Shown here piece after piece: positions 37,942 through 47,477 of a stretch of DNA of 64,000 nucleotides. Each line of letters begins with the position of its first letter. Positions within the stretch are counted from its first letter, which is position 1. Made by a program: the position numbers and the translations under genes. The notes below the pieces were generated by a model. That model was not told the DNA's origin, searched no databases, and saw only the letters and a list, made by a program, of their open reading frames with translations. Where the stretch lies: the IMG/VR virus record IMGVR_UViG_3300035684_000003, positions 1,878-65,877 of that record. One strand, 5' to 3'. Origin of the DNA: a virus.

Positions 37942-38850
37942 ATGCCTTACCCTTATAACGAGAAAGTATTTCAATCCCTCACAGACCTCACAGCGTCAGG
38001 GCAGCCTGTGGAAGCGATTTTGCTGGAGTACGAACCGGAGGGGAAAGAAGAGAAACTGGCTTGGGGGTTCCTCATAAACCCACAATCCCTAGACATTGAG
38101 AATTCGGGGAATTATGGGGAAGTGGCTCCCCACGCGACCACCGTCACCAGCAGCCAGTACTCGCACACATCCGGGCAAACCCTGACTACGCCGGGGATGC
38201 AATTTGCGCTGTGGTGTTACAAGAAGTCAGCCAAAAAACTTCTCGACGGACTCAAGAAATTATTAGAGGCTGACCCCGACAACAAGCGGTTTAGCCCCCC
38301 ACTCCTGCGCTTCTCCTGGGGGTCTTACAATCTCGGTCCACTGGTGCTGGTGAAGTACAGCTATAAAATCGTTGCCTTGAGCGGTGGCGAACCGACCGAC
38401 GTTCGCGACCTATCCCTCACCTTCAAGGAACAACCTCGCCCTTTGACCAAAGCAGAGCAAGAAGCCAAAGCTATTGAGCGACTCAAGGAACAGCAGAAAA
38501 TCTTTGGTGCTCAAGACGCGCCCAAACTGGAGCTCACTCAACGCCAACAGGAACTAGCCATCGCCGAAGCCGAGAAGTACCTTAAAGCCAACGCAAGTCA
38601 GTGGTCAGCTGACGTGCAATCTCTGATTAAGTCTCCCGACTTCAAGAAATACTTGAGCGTAGATTCAAAAACGGGAATCGTGACTCTATCGGGGAAAGAT
38701 TCCAAGAAATTAGGGGTGGTACTCCAGTACGATGGGACTAAAGCGATCGCAGGGACTAAATGCACCGTTCCGGTTAAGCAGGGAGGAAAAGCTCCCGATA
38801 TTCCCGCACCCAAAACGACCAACAACGCTAGCGAGATGGACGTGATGTGA
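37942..38850 (+). CDS. Tail tube initiator / baseplate hub-associated protein (CIS-tube-like)
   Basis: FLINPQSL...PPLLRFSWG...L...SY...LSLTFKE. Confidence 0.7.
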   Translation: MPYPYNEKVFQSLTDLTASGQPVEAILLEYEPEGKEEKLAWGFLINPQSLDIENSGNYGEVAPHATTVTSSQYSHTSGQTLTTPGMQFALWCYKKSAKKLLDGLKKLLEADPDNKRFSPPLLRFSWGSYNLGPLVLVKYSYKIVALSGGEPTDVRDLSLTFKEQPRPLTKAEQEAKAIERLKEQQKIFGAQDAPKLELTQRQQELAIAEAEKYLKANASQWSADVQSLIKSPDFKKYLSVDSKTGIVTLSGKDSKKLGVVLQYDGTKAIAGTKCTVPVKQGGKAPDIPAPKTTNNASEMDVM

Positions 38851-39500
38851 TGGTTGAAACCAAGCAATATCGCCAAGATTTACCAGTAATACCCAAGCGC
38901 CTGCTCCCCCTTCCAGTCGAGCGCGGTTACCCCGTGCCGTGGTTTGTGGCTCAAGTTGATGGACACTATGATTTTCGCTGCATTGACTATCGCAAGATGG
39001 AACCTGCCATCAAGAAAAAGCTGTGCTGGATTTGCGGACAGAAGCTAGGAGCATACTTGGCTTTTGGCATTGGGCCAATGTGCTGCATTAATCGCACGAT
39101 TGCCGAACCTCCCTCCCACAAGGAGTGTATGCGATGGGCGATGACAGTTTGCCCGTTTCTGATACAAAGACAAGAGGAGCGGCGAGAGACTCATTTACCA
39201 GAAGGCATCAAAGAGGCGGCAGGACTTGGTAACAAGCGACAACCAGGAGTAATTGTCCTGTGGATAACTACAGCCTATCAACCTTTCAAGGCTCCCGGTG
39301 GCATTCTATTTAAGATTGGAGAACCCCTTGAAGTTCAATGGTTTCGCCAAGGCAGACTTGCATCTAGAGCAGAATGCTTGGAGTCGATAGATTCAGGCTA
39401 TCCATTCTTGTTGGAACTAGCCCAAAAGGATGGAGCGGAAGGAGTTCAGCAATTAGAGAAGCGTAAAATAGAGGCGATGAAGCTATTGCCGAACGCGTGA
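38847..39500 (+). CDS. Conserved Cys/His-rich phage hypothetical protein (moron)
   Basis: GYPVPWFV...LCWICG...GPMC...EPPSHKEC..WA..VCPFL. Confidence 0.65.
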   Translation: MMVETKQYRQDLPVIPKRLLPLPVERGYPVPWFVAQVDGHYDFRCIDYRKMEPAIKKKLCWICGQKLGAYLAFGIGPMCCINRTIAEPPSHKECMRWAMTVCPFLIQRQEERRETHLPEGIKEAAGLGNKRQPGVIVLWITTAYQPFKAPGGILFKIGEPLEVQWFRQGRLASRAECLESIDSGYPFLLELAQKDGAEGVQQLEKRKIEAMKLLPNA

Positions 39501-39560
39501 AAATGAAGAAAAGAGCGGTGTAGTTCCGCTCTTAAAGTTCCTGAGACTGAAGATAACTAC

Positions 39561-39836
39561 TCAGTCAAGTAGCTCTGATAAAAGGCGAGGATTGTTTATC
39601 TGCCGACAATAGTAGTCGATTAAATCTGATTCACTAGAATCAGCGATTTTATTCCAATGCTGTTCATGAGCGTTGCTGATAAACATAAGGTTATTGCCAA
39701 CCTGGCGAGGGGGTTCAGAAAAACAAATTATTCTCGCATCTGGTACAGAAATACTGTAATCATTTCGATGAACAACAGCCGCATTAATTGCAGACTCTTG
39801 CTTGTTTTTTAACTCATCTAATTGGTTTAAATCCAT
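39561..39836 (-). CDS. Hypothetical protein (reverse-strand moron)
   Basis: 91-aa ORF in the gap between plus-strand genes. Confidence 0.45.
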   Translation of the reverse strand: MDLNQLDELKNKQESAINAAVVHRNDYSISVPDARIICFSEPPRQVGNNLMFISNAHEQHWNKIADSSESDLIDYYCRQINNPRLLSELLD

Positions 39837-39969
39837 TTTGCCAATCCTCTAGTACAACACTGGCGACTGCCAGCCCTGATAGGGATTACTTGAGCCAGAG
39901 CGCGTTTAACGGTCGCCACCAACCTGAAAGGCATTGCTTTAACGGCTCAATTCCAATATACATTAAACA

Positions 39970-40431
39970 ATGGACATTGTCACCCTAAACCCCGCCGACA
40001 CCCTCTCAACCCTTGCCGCAAGAATTTTCCCCGGTGAGGATGTGTCGCGGTTCACAGAACTTCTAGACGCCAACCCAGGACTAGACCCAATTGCAGCTAT
40101 CTTTGATAATTTGCCCGAAAACCTACAACTAAACCTCCCCAGCACGGAACAGATTGAAAGCTTTGCCGCGCCCGTCTTGACTGCCGTATCCTCTAGCCTA
40201 GGGGGAGCAAAAGGGTTCCTAGAGCAAGCGGAACAGACCCTCACTTCAATATCAGGGAAACTGCCTCCTCAGTTGCAAGGGTATGCCAAAGAAGCTCTGG
40301 ATCTGGTGGGTGAAGCGAATGGAGTATTGGGCGAAGTTGAAGGTGCGATCGCGTCAACCAGCGACAAACTTAGAGAGTATGCTGGTCAAGGAACGCAGTT
40401 AATTCCTTGGCTGCTTTCCGGTAAAGCTTGA
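39970..40431 (+). CDS. Tail protein X / LysM-like baseplate protein
   Basis: DTLSTLAARIF...ELLDANPGL...LNLP. Confidence 0.7.
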   Translation: MDIVTLNPADTLSTLAARIFPGEDVSRFTELLDANPGLDPIAAIFDNLPENLQLNLPSTEQIESFAAPVLTAVSSSLGGAKGFLEQAEQTLTSISGKLPPQLQGYAKEALDLVGEANGVLGEVEGAIASTSDKLREYAGQGTQLIPWLLSGKA

Positions 40432-40461
40432 TAAAAAGGAAAATTTCCTTTTTCAGAGACA

Positions 40462-43314
40462 TTGCAACTAACCGCCAAACTTGCACGAGTCCGAATCGCT
40501 GATGATGTTTTTCAGTCCGGCGATCGCATCCTACTCCCCAACATAAGCATTACGCTGGGCGAGGATATGCGATCAAGTACGTGTAGTTTCACCCTCAATG
40601 ACCCAGGCTTGCTGATTGGTGCCAAGTACCGGGAAATTAGCGTCAAAGGAGGTGGCATCCTCGTCCCTTCAGAGTTGCTTTCTAGCCCCCAACCTCCCAC
40701 GCAGCAAGCAACAGGTGCTGCGCCAAGTACGGAAGGAGCAACACCCAATACCCCTCTCACCAACTATCCAGCAGGTTCTAAGGATGAAGTGGTACTCGGC
40801 ATCGTCAGAGAGTGCCTGAAAAAAGGCATCACTGACCCCGTGAAAGTGGCGTTTACTCTCGCCGTAGCAGAGGGTGAGTCGGGAATAAACCACAAAGCGT
40901 ACAACCCCGAAACCAACAACTCAGCGGTAACCGATAAGCGCTTTGGTGGCCGTGGACTAGTTCAAATCACCCACAAGAGCAACTACCAACTCGCCTCCTC
41001 AGTGGTGGGAGTGGATTTAGTCGCCAACCCCGATTTAGCCTTTCGCCCAGATATCAGCACCACCCTATTAATTTGGGGCTTGAAGCGCGGCTGGTGCAGT
41101 CGCGGCGGAATTGACAAATGGATAACGGGCGCTAACCAAAATATTGGCGCGGCATATCGCGCCATCCAAGGCGGCGTGTGGGGGAGTCGCTATCAGGGAT
41201 TTTTCAATAAGTGGCTCAAAGCAGCACCGGGACTGATTCAACAAGCTGGAGGGGCTTCAACTCCCGCGCCTCCCCCACCTCCTCCTCCCGCAGACCTTCG
41301 GAGTGCAGACCCGATGGGTGGCACTCCTACTCCATCGGCTCCAGTTCAAGTAGCTCCCACTCAGGAGTCTAGTTTCAAGGGCACAGAAATCATCATTGAG
41401 CTGGCTGTGGGGTGGGGCGCGACTTGGACAGATGCAATAGCTTTCCACTTCATCCACACTGGCACCTCAACCGGGTGGGATGCGTCGGGCGCTCAAACCA
41501 CGACGTTTGAGGGGAGGTCAATTCGCTGGCTTCTCACGCGGGTTACCCAAACTCAATCATTTGAAAATATCAACTTGCGGCAATTTGCCGAACTGCAACT
41601 ATCGGGCTTCAATCTCAAGCTGGAAATGGAGGGGTCGGGACTAGACTTCCAGCACTTGTCCCAAGATGGTGCAACCACTTTGAGTACTTTGTTCAGGGAA
41701 AGCAAGCGCTTAGGCTTCCGCATTGGTGAAGGGTCGGGGAAGAAATCAAACACAATTGTTCTCGAACCGGCAGCTCGACCCAAGTTTACGAATTTCATCA
41801 TTGACGAAGAGGTGCTCATTAAACCTGCGCGGTTCACCGACAAAGCCCGTGCGGCAACTTCTCCCGCCCCATCCGCTACGGTATCGGCACCGGAAACGGG
41901 CACGGGAGAAACCAAGACAAGCGTGGATAGGGAAACCGGAAGCATAAAGCAAACCCTCCCAGAATCCAAAGCCGGAACGGGTCAAGCGCCAGCTAGCAGT
42001 AAATCCGCGACTGGTGCCACAGCTCCCCCAGTTGGAGGAACGGTGAAACCAAGTGCAACGGCGACGGCGACGCCAGCCACACCCCCAAAGCCACCTGTTC
42101 CAAGCCAACCTTCCACCCCAGCTAACGCCCCAAACACAACCTCAAAAACAGACGGGCCAGTCAAAATCACGAAGCCCGATGGCACGGTCATCGAAACCAC
42201 CGTCACCACTGAAGAGAAACTCGAACCAGGGAAAATAACCCGAACCAAAACCACAAAAGTGGTTACCACCAAAGGTTCTACTTCCACCACTTCCACCACA
42301 GTGGTCAAACAGGAAGTGACCGAAAGTAAGACCAAAACCATCACCACCGTCACCCAATCGGGGAAACAGCCAGAAACCACCACGAAGGAGGAGCCAAAGG
42401 TTTCGGTTGAGGATAAGAAAAAATTACAAAGAAGCCTGACGCCGTCTTCCCCAACTGCCGCGCCCGGTGCTGGAGCAGCTGCGACGGCTGACCCCACAAC
42501 TGGGCTGCCCAACCAGCAGCCGGGGTTCATCGACCTTGCAGACGGTAGAGCCGAGGCGCAGACTATTGCAGACGAGTCGCGCCGGGTAAAAGGGTATGAG
42601 GACGAGGTTCTACTGGTGATGAACCCTGACACCTTAAAGCTCGTGCCAGGGGAAATCGTCGCACTCTCAAAGCGCCTATTCCCAGACGCCTTTGCCACTG
42701 AGAAACGTATCGGCGGGGTGGCTCATGACTTTGCGGCGGGAACGACCGTTTTGCAACTTTACACCCCTCAGGCGGCTTTACCAGCAGGTGCGGCGGTAGC
42801 TCCCGCGCCCGGTGAAGTGGCAACTCCTACTCAATTCGCTACGCCAGCCACCGCCCCAGGAAAGTTTATTTTCCCCGTACCCAAGGGAGCAACTACGATT
42901 GGCGATGGGTATGGCACGCGCAGAAACAGACCACCAGGGTATATGCACACAATCTTGGATATTACCGCCCCCGTCAATACTCCTGCTGTAGCAATGGCGG
43001 ATGGGGTAGTTACAGCAGTTCGCGCCAACGCTGGAGGCGCAGGAAATCTGCTCACTATTAAATATGGCGGTGGGTACGAATCAACTTTTATGCATGGAGT
43101 GGCGGGTAAGTTTGCCCTCGTTGCGGTAGGGGCGCAGGTGAAGCAGGGACAGCCAGTATTTTTAATTGACAGCACAGGCGGCAGTAGCGGTCACCACTTG
43201 CACCTAAAATTTACTCTTAACGGCTCTTATTGCCTGCTTTCCAAGGTTGGGATTGACGTGCTTAAAATGGGGTTGCCATTGAGGCAGTACAACAAAACTT
43301 GCAATCAGTATTAA
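40462..43314 (+). CDS. Baseplate hub with GH19-like lysozyme and M23 peptidase domains
   Basis: FGGRGLVQITHKSNY...DLVANPDLA (GH19-like); DITAPVNTP..AMADG.V...FMH...STGGSSGHHLH (M23); split hub segments. Confidence 0.8.
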   Translation: MQLTAKLARVRIADDVFQSGDRILLPNISITLGEDMRSSTCSFTLNDPGLLIGAKYREISVKGGGILVPSELLSSPQPPTQQATGAAPSTEGATPNTPLTNYPAGSKDEVVLGIVRECLKKGITDPVKVAFTLAVAEGESGINHKAYNPETNNSAVTDKRFGGRGLVQITHKSNYQLASSVVGVDLVANPDLAFRPDISTTLLIWGLKRGWCSRGGIDKWITGANQNIGAAYRAIQGGVWGSRYQGFFNKWLKAAPGLIQQAGGASTPAPPPPPPPADLRSADPMGGTPTPSAPVQVAPTQESSFKGTEIIIELAVGWGATWTDAIAFHFIHTGTSTGWDASGAQTTTFEGRSIRWLLTRVTQTQSFENINLRQFAELQLSGFNLKLEMEGSGLDFQHLSQDGATTLSTLFRESKRLGFRIGEGSGKKSNTIVLEPAARPKFTNFIIDEEVLIKPARFTDKARAATSPAPSATVSAPETGTGETKTSVDRETGSIKQTLPESKAGTGQAPASSKSATGATAPPVGGTVKPSATATATPATPPKPPVPSQPSTPANAPNTTSKTDGPVKITKPDGTVIETTVTTEEKLEPGKITRTKTTKVVTTKGSTSTTSTTVVKQEVTESKTKTITTVTQSGKQPETTTKEEPKVSVEDKKKLQRSLTPSSPTAAPGAGAAATADPTTGLPNQQPGFIDLADGRAEAQTIADESRRVKGYEDEVLLVMNPDTLKLVPGEIVALSKRLFPDAFATEKRIGGVAHDFAAGTTVLQLYTPQAALPAGAAVAPAPGEVATPTQFATPATAPGKFIFPVPKGATTIGDGYGTRRNRPPGYMHTILDITAPVNTPAVAMADGVVTAVRANAGGAGNLLTIKYGGGYESTFMHGVAGKFALVAVGAQVKQGQPVFLIDSTGGSSGHHLHLKFTLNGSYCLLSKVGIDVLKMGLPLRQYNKTCNQY

Positions 43315-44099
43315 TGAACTTCGCCACAGCATTAGCCGAACTGGTTTCCCTACTCCCCCAAATCCGGGAACTTTGCACGCGGGGCCATTCCATCCAAGAA
43401 GCCGTAGTAACGCGCACCGATGACCCAACAGGTTTCCGTCGCATAAAAGCAACACGAGCGTCTCAAGGGGGACAATCAGAGACGGACTGGTTTCCGTGCG
43501 GTCGCAGCAGTTCGACATCAGACGAACCCATTCCACCCCCTGGCACTCACATCCTGCTGGCACTAGTGGAAGGCGACCCGCACAAACCCTTCTTCTTGAG
43601 GACGCTGAGCAACCAAACCAACCCCCCAGACATCGACCAGCTCGACCCGATTAAAGACAATACGGTGGCGATTCCGGGAGATGAGCGGAAGTTTGTGAAA
43701 GGCGATCGCTTAAACCAAATCCAAGGGGCGCTCACGGAAGAGGTGGGGGGAGACTATCTCCTGACCGTCAAGGGGGAGACGTACCACCTCAATAGTGAAT
43801 TTGGCGAGCTACTATTTACAGCGCTCGCCCAAGGAGTGGGGACAGTAAAGGTTGAGGCGGCAGACACCATCCGCTTCCAGCAAGGAGGCGCTTACGCCCA
43901 GATGAAGAACGGGCAATGGACATTTGGGAGCGCTGACGGCATGACTTGGACCTTCGGCGGCGGAACGTGGAACTGGAACGCGGCTGGAGCAAGTATTCAA
44001 ATTGTCAACGCTTCAGATGTGACCATAGCCGGAAAAAGCGTCGCCACGATTGGCGCAGTGGACAACCGTGGCGACGCTATTGTGAGCCGAGGGTGGTAG
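43299..44099 (+). CDS. Baseplate spike (gpV-like)
   Basis: AVVTRTDDP....RIKA...TDW...PP.G..IL.A.VEGDP followed by beta-helix repeats. Confidence 0.8.
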   Translation: MQSVLMNFATALAELVSLLPQIRELCTRGHSIQEAVVTRTDDPTGFRRIKATRASQGGQSETDWFPCGRSSSTSDEPIPPPGTHILLALVEGDPHKPFFLRTLSNQTNPPDIDQLDPIKDNTVAIPGDERKFVKGDRLNQIQGALTEEVGGDYLLTVKGETYHLNSEFGELLFTALAQGVGTVKVEAADTIRFQQGGAYAQMKNGQWTFGSADGMTWTFGGGTWNWNAAGASIQIVNASDVTIAGKSVATIGAVDNRGDAIVSRGW

Positions 44100-44105
44100 T
44101 AAAAA

Positions 44106-44981
44106 TCAAAATAAACAGAGTTGTTTAGCGGGTAGTCGCTTTGGTTGCCTGAAAGAAGCGTATATTTCAGCCTCATACTCCAGCGCCCTTTTCGGGTCGT
44201 TTGAACGAACGTACTTATTCGTTCCGTTGCCATGCTGAAGCCCCGCTGCCGCACTATCGGCTGAATAGAGCAAGTTTTGAATCTCCAGATACTCCAGAGA
44301 CTCTTTCTTCAACCCAAACCCATGCAGTCGCAAGTCGGGACGCACAGATTTAATTGCCGTAAGCACGTCGTAAATCGCCTCTGGGTTGGAGTTGCGCTTA
44401 CAAACGCTACCAACACCTACCCATGCACCAGGTTTTAATCGTTCTCCATACTGGTAGATGTGGCTAACGTATTCTTCCGGGGCATAGCCCTGAAGTACTG
44501 GGATGACATGAATTTTGGTATCTTGCAGCAGCCTACAAAGATTGTCGTAACGCAGAATAGTGATTCGTTGATGGTCTGCTACAGTTAATCCTGTATTATT
44601 GAGTACCAGCAACTCGCACATATAATCTTGAGCAACGACAGCAATCAAACGCTCGCCTAAAATGGCTTTCCACTTGCGAACTAAACTGGCATACTTGCGA
44701 GTAGATAAGTGTCCCTTGAATCCTTTGTACAATCCAGAGATGCGGGTAAAAGCAGAGGAATCAATCAAGACTTTCTGGCACCAAAAATCAGATTCGCGAT
44801 TGATTAATCGATTGATTCCAATCAGGGTGTAGCGAAATTCACCACACCCCGACCTCCCCCTAACTGGTTGATGCCATCCGCTAAAGAAAATGGGCTTTCC
44901 GACAACAGGAGGGATTAACATCGTTTTAAAAGAAAATTTCCTTTTTTTACTTTTGACGAAAGTAGGGTGAGACGCGCCCAC
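44106..44981 (-). CDS. dpdA: DpdA-like (TGT-fold) 7-deazaguanine DNA transglycosylase
   Basis: LIDSSAFT, AQDYMCE, IPVLQG, VGVGSVC, LHGFG, YSADS. Confidence 0.72.
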   Translation of the reverse strand: MGASHPTFVKSKKRKFSFKTMLIPPVVGKPIFFSGWHQPVRGRSGCGEFRYTLIGINRLINRESDFWCQKVLIDSSAFTRISGLYKGFKGHLSTRKYASLVRKWKAILGERLIAVVAQDYMCELLVLNNTGLTVADHQRITILRYDNLCRLLQDTKIHVIPVLQGYAPEEYVSHIYQYGERLKPGAWVGVGSVCKRNSNPEAIYDVLTAIKSVRPDLRLHGFGLKKESLEYLEIQNLLYSADSAAAGLQHGNGTNKYVRSNDPKRALEYEAEIYASFRQPKRLPAKQLCLF

Positions 44982-44996
44982 CCTACCCAGAAAGCC

Positions 44997-45572
44997 TTAC
45001 CCGACATTTGCAACCTGCTCTATAGCCTCCCGTAGTTCCGCTTCACTCACCATTCCGACAAGTGCTGAAGCGATTTGATGGCGCTTCATCCCATCCGTGT
45101 CGATGTTCCGCTTGGTAGCCAACCACCTTAAAGGCTTAATCTGCTGCTTGTGCAAAATTCCAGCGGGGGCTTGAGGCTCATCCACCTGCTCAGGTACAGT
45201 GACTGCCTCAACGTCTACAGCTTCATCAACCTCTACTGCTGTTTCCTCATCACTTTGAGGCGGTACTGTATTTTCTGGGGTTTGGGCGTCGTCGGGGACA
45301 CTCTCTCCAGCTTCAATTTGAGCGACCGGGGCGTTGCGAAACAAGCTGCTCACCACCTCTTGGTATGCGCTCAACTCTTCTGGGCACACTTCCCGAATCT
45401 CTGCGATCGCCTCCGCAACCAACTGTGCAGCAGACTCCATCTTGGACTCCACAGACCCCACGCGCTGGAGCTGTGCTTGGATGAGCCGTTGCTGTTCTTG
45501 CAGCGCTTCGATTTGCGCCTGCATTGTGGCGTACTGGTTCTGGAGGTTAGCGGTCAGTTGTGAAAGTAACAT
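44997..45572 (-). CDS. Hypothetical coiled-coil protein
   Basis: 191-aa ORF. Confidence 0.6.
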   Translation of the reverse strand: MLLSQLTANLQNQYATMQAQIEALQEQQRLIQAQLQRVGSVESKMESAAQLVAEAIAEIREVCPEELSAYQEVVSSLFRNAPVAQIEAGESVPDDAQTPENTVPPQSDEETAVEVDEAVDVEAVTVPEQVDEPQAPAGILHKQQIKPLRWLATKRNIDTDGMKRHQIASALVGMVSEAELREAIEQVANVG

Positions 45573-45663
45573 TTGAAAAATTCCTTATGTGTCGAAGTGT
45601 ATGGCGGTAGCGAGTGAGGGGAAAGGAAATTTTCCTTTTACCTTTCCCTTTTTACCTTTGCCC

Positions 45664-45951
45664 TTAGATGAGCTGATACAGGTATGCCCACGGCTCTACA
45701 GGGCAGGAAAACTCGCTCCAATCAATCTCGTCTTCATCGCACTCACCCGATGCGATCTGCGCTTCGCAGCAGCGCTTCGCTATCGCCTCATGGCTATCTT
45801 CCCAATCAGATTGAACTGAAGCGTTGCGATGTGCGATTATCTCCTCTGCTGTGTCGTGCCAGCCTTGGGGGTAGGGCTTTACCTCTCCTGAGTAGAGTGC
45901 GAGTAATTCTTCTGTAGTCCAGTCTTCTTTGCGAGTGTCGATGTAAGTCAT
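45664..45951 (-). CDS. Hypothetical acidic protein
   Basis: 95-aa ORF. Confidence 0.55.
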   Translation of the reverse strand: MTYIDTRKEDWTTEELLALYSGEVKPYPQGWHDTAEEIIAHRNASVQSDWEDSHEAIAKRCCEAQIASGECDEDEIDWSEFSCPVEPWAYLYQLI

Positions 45952-45983
45952 TTTTTTAGGGGCTGTGGCGAAGGGGTGATATT

Positions 45984-46150
45984 GTCCCGTTTTTAGAGGT
46001 GGGACTGACCTCCTGCCGGTTCTCTCGGTCGGCTCCCGGTCCCGTTTTTAGAGGTGGGACTGACCTCCTGCCGGTTCTCTCGGTCGGCTCCCGGTCCCGT
46101 TTTTAGAGGTGGGACTGACCTCCTGCCGGTTCTCTCGGTCGGCTCCCGGT
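45984..46150. repeat. Three perfect 55-bp tandem repeats
   Basis: Unit GTCCCGTTTTTAGAGGTGGGACTGACCTCCTGCCGGTTCTCTCGGTCGGCTCCCG at 45984, 46039 and 46094. Confidence 0.95.
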
Positions 46151-46223
46151 GAGTCATCTCTCTCACATTCATTAATTTAACGCAGCGCGTTATAATTCGT
46201 CAAGTGGTTTGGAAAAGTTTTTT

Positions 46224-46493
46224 ATGAAAGTGCAGATAACCCTTGATATACCTGGATTAGAGGTGATTTTAAGAGAAGCGAGAGGGGATAAATCCCTTTA
46301 CGAGGTAGCGCGGCTGAGTGGGCTGTCCCACGAAAGCATTAAGAGGATAGAGGGCACGGACAAGTCGCGACCAGATTCCAAAATCCCCATTGAGACTCTC
46401 CTGCGAGTGGGGGCTGCTCTAGGTGTTGATGTATGGGCGAGAATTAAGATAGCAATTTTCCAATGGATAAAATCCAAGGAGGAAATTCTATGA
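46224..46493 (+). CDS. XRE-family HTH regulator
   Basis: LREARGDKSLYEVARLSGLSHESIKRIE. Confidence 0.8.
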   Translation: MKVQITLDIPGLEVILREARGDKSLYEVARLSGLSHESIKRIEGTDKSRPDSKIPIETLLRVGAALGVDVWARIKIAIFQWIKSKEEIL

Positions 46494-47134
46494 TGAGCGC
46501 AAACGAACCGAGCAAGGGCGATGTAGTTTTAGGGGGCAACAACGAACTGGCTTATGCCGCTATCTTGGGAGGAATAGAAGGAGCAAAAAAGAGATTAGGG
46601 CAAGCACAAACTTTTAGCGACAAAACCGCAGCAATTCGAGAGATAGAAAAGTACGATCCGTTTTTAGCTCAAGAAGCTACGCAACAATTAATTAAGCTCT
46701 CTTTAAATATTTCTCCAGAATCTATTGAATCAATCAACAAAGCTTTTACTGAGGTGATTCAGTCAGCCACTATACCTGGTGACCCGGCACTATTGGAACC
46801 ATTGAAACAATTAAGCCTTAACCTAGTCGCAGGTTTTAATGAGTTAGGGAGAAGATGGGCAAAAATTCTTATTGATATTGATTTTGAGATAAGTCAGTTT
46901 AAGCAACCAGAAGAACCCTGTTTCCCTTGGCTTAATCCATCAATCGATCCAGTGAAGCTGCAAGAAACACTTGCAGACCTCAATCGCGAAAAAGATATGG
47001 AGGTGGAAAAATGTGCAAAAACCTTCCCACGGAAAAATACAGTAGCGAAGACCACACAACCACAAAATAGAACTGGAAAAAAATCTATTTATCTCCAAGG
47101 CGTAGAAAAAATACTCAAACATAGAAATGGCTAG
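46463..47134 (+). CDS. Hypothetical protein
   Basis: 223-aa ORF, AT-rich. Confidence 0.55.
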   Translation: MDKIQGGNSMMSANEPSKGDVVLGGNNELAYAAILGGIEGAKKRLGQAQTFSDKTAAIREIEKYDPFLAQEATQQLIKLSLNISPESIESINKAFTEVIQSATIPGDPALLEPLKQLSLNLVAGFNELGRRWAKILIDIDFEISQFKQPEEPCFPWLNPSIDPVKLQETLADLNREKDMEVEKCAKTFPRKNTVAKTTQPQNRTGKKSIYLQGVEKILKHRNG

Positions 47135-47477
47135 AACTTGCACCAGCTTTCCCTGGACCTTGGAGAACGGCACGCTTGCCCTATCCGATGACCTAGACCG
47201 AGACGAGCAGGACATCATTGCTACTGTGTTGACCCGCATCCCAGAGCGGATAATGCGCCCCTACACAGCGGGGACGCCAGACTATACTTTTACCACGCTC
47301 ACCACCCCCGACTTGATTGCCAAAAAGCTAGCGATCGCAATCGAGGAACAGTGCCCCACCATCGCCAGTTGTGCGGGAACGGGCAGCATCCGGGATAATG
47401 GACTGGCTGCCGTACAGCTCGACTGGGTAGCGAAATCATCACCAGCAAAGCGAAGCATTAGGCTAGGCATTACTTGA
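47127..47477 (+). CDS. Baseplate wedge gp25/gpW-like
   Basis: I...LTRIPERIMRP..G; precedes the J-like gene. Confidence 0.78.
   Translation: MARTCTSFPWTLENGTLALSDDLDRDEQDIIATVLTRIPERIMRPYTAGTPDYTFTTLTTPDLIAKKLAIAIEEQCPTIASCAGTGSIRDNGLAAVQLDWVAKSSPAKRSIRLGIT

Noticed and set aside
41982-42698. 238-aa minus-strand ORF and similar short antisense ORFs across the structural operon
   Set aside because: They are antisense to low-complexity regions of real genes.
45984-46150. Possible CRISPR array
   Set aside because: The units are identical end to end with no unique spacers, and no cas genes are present.
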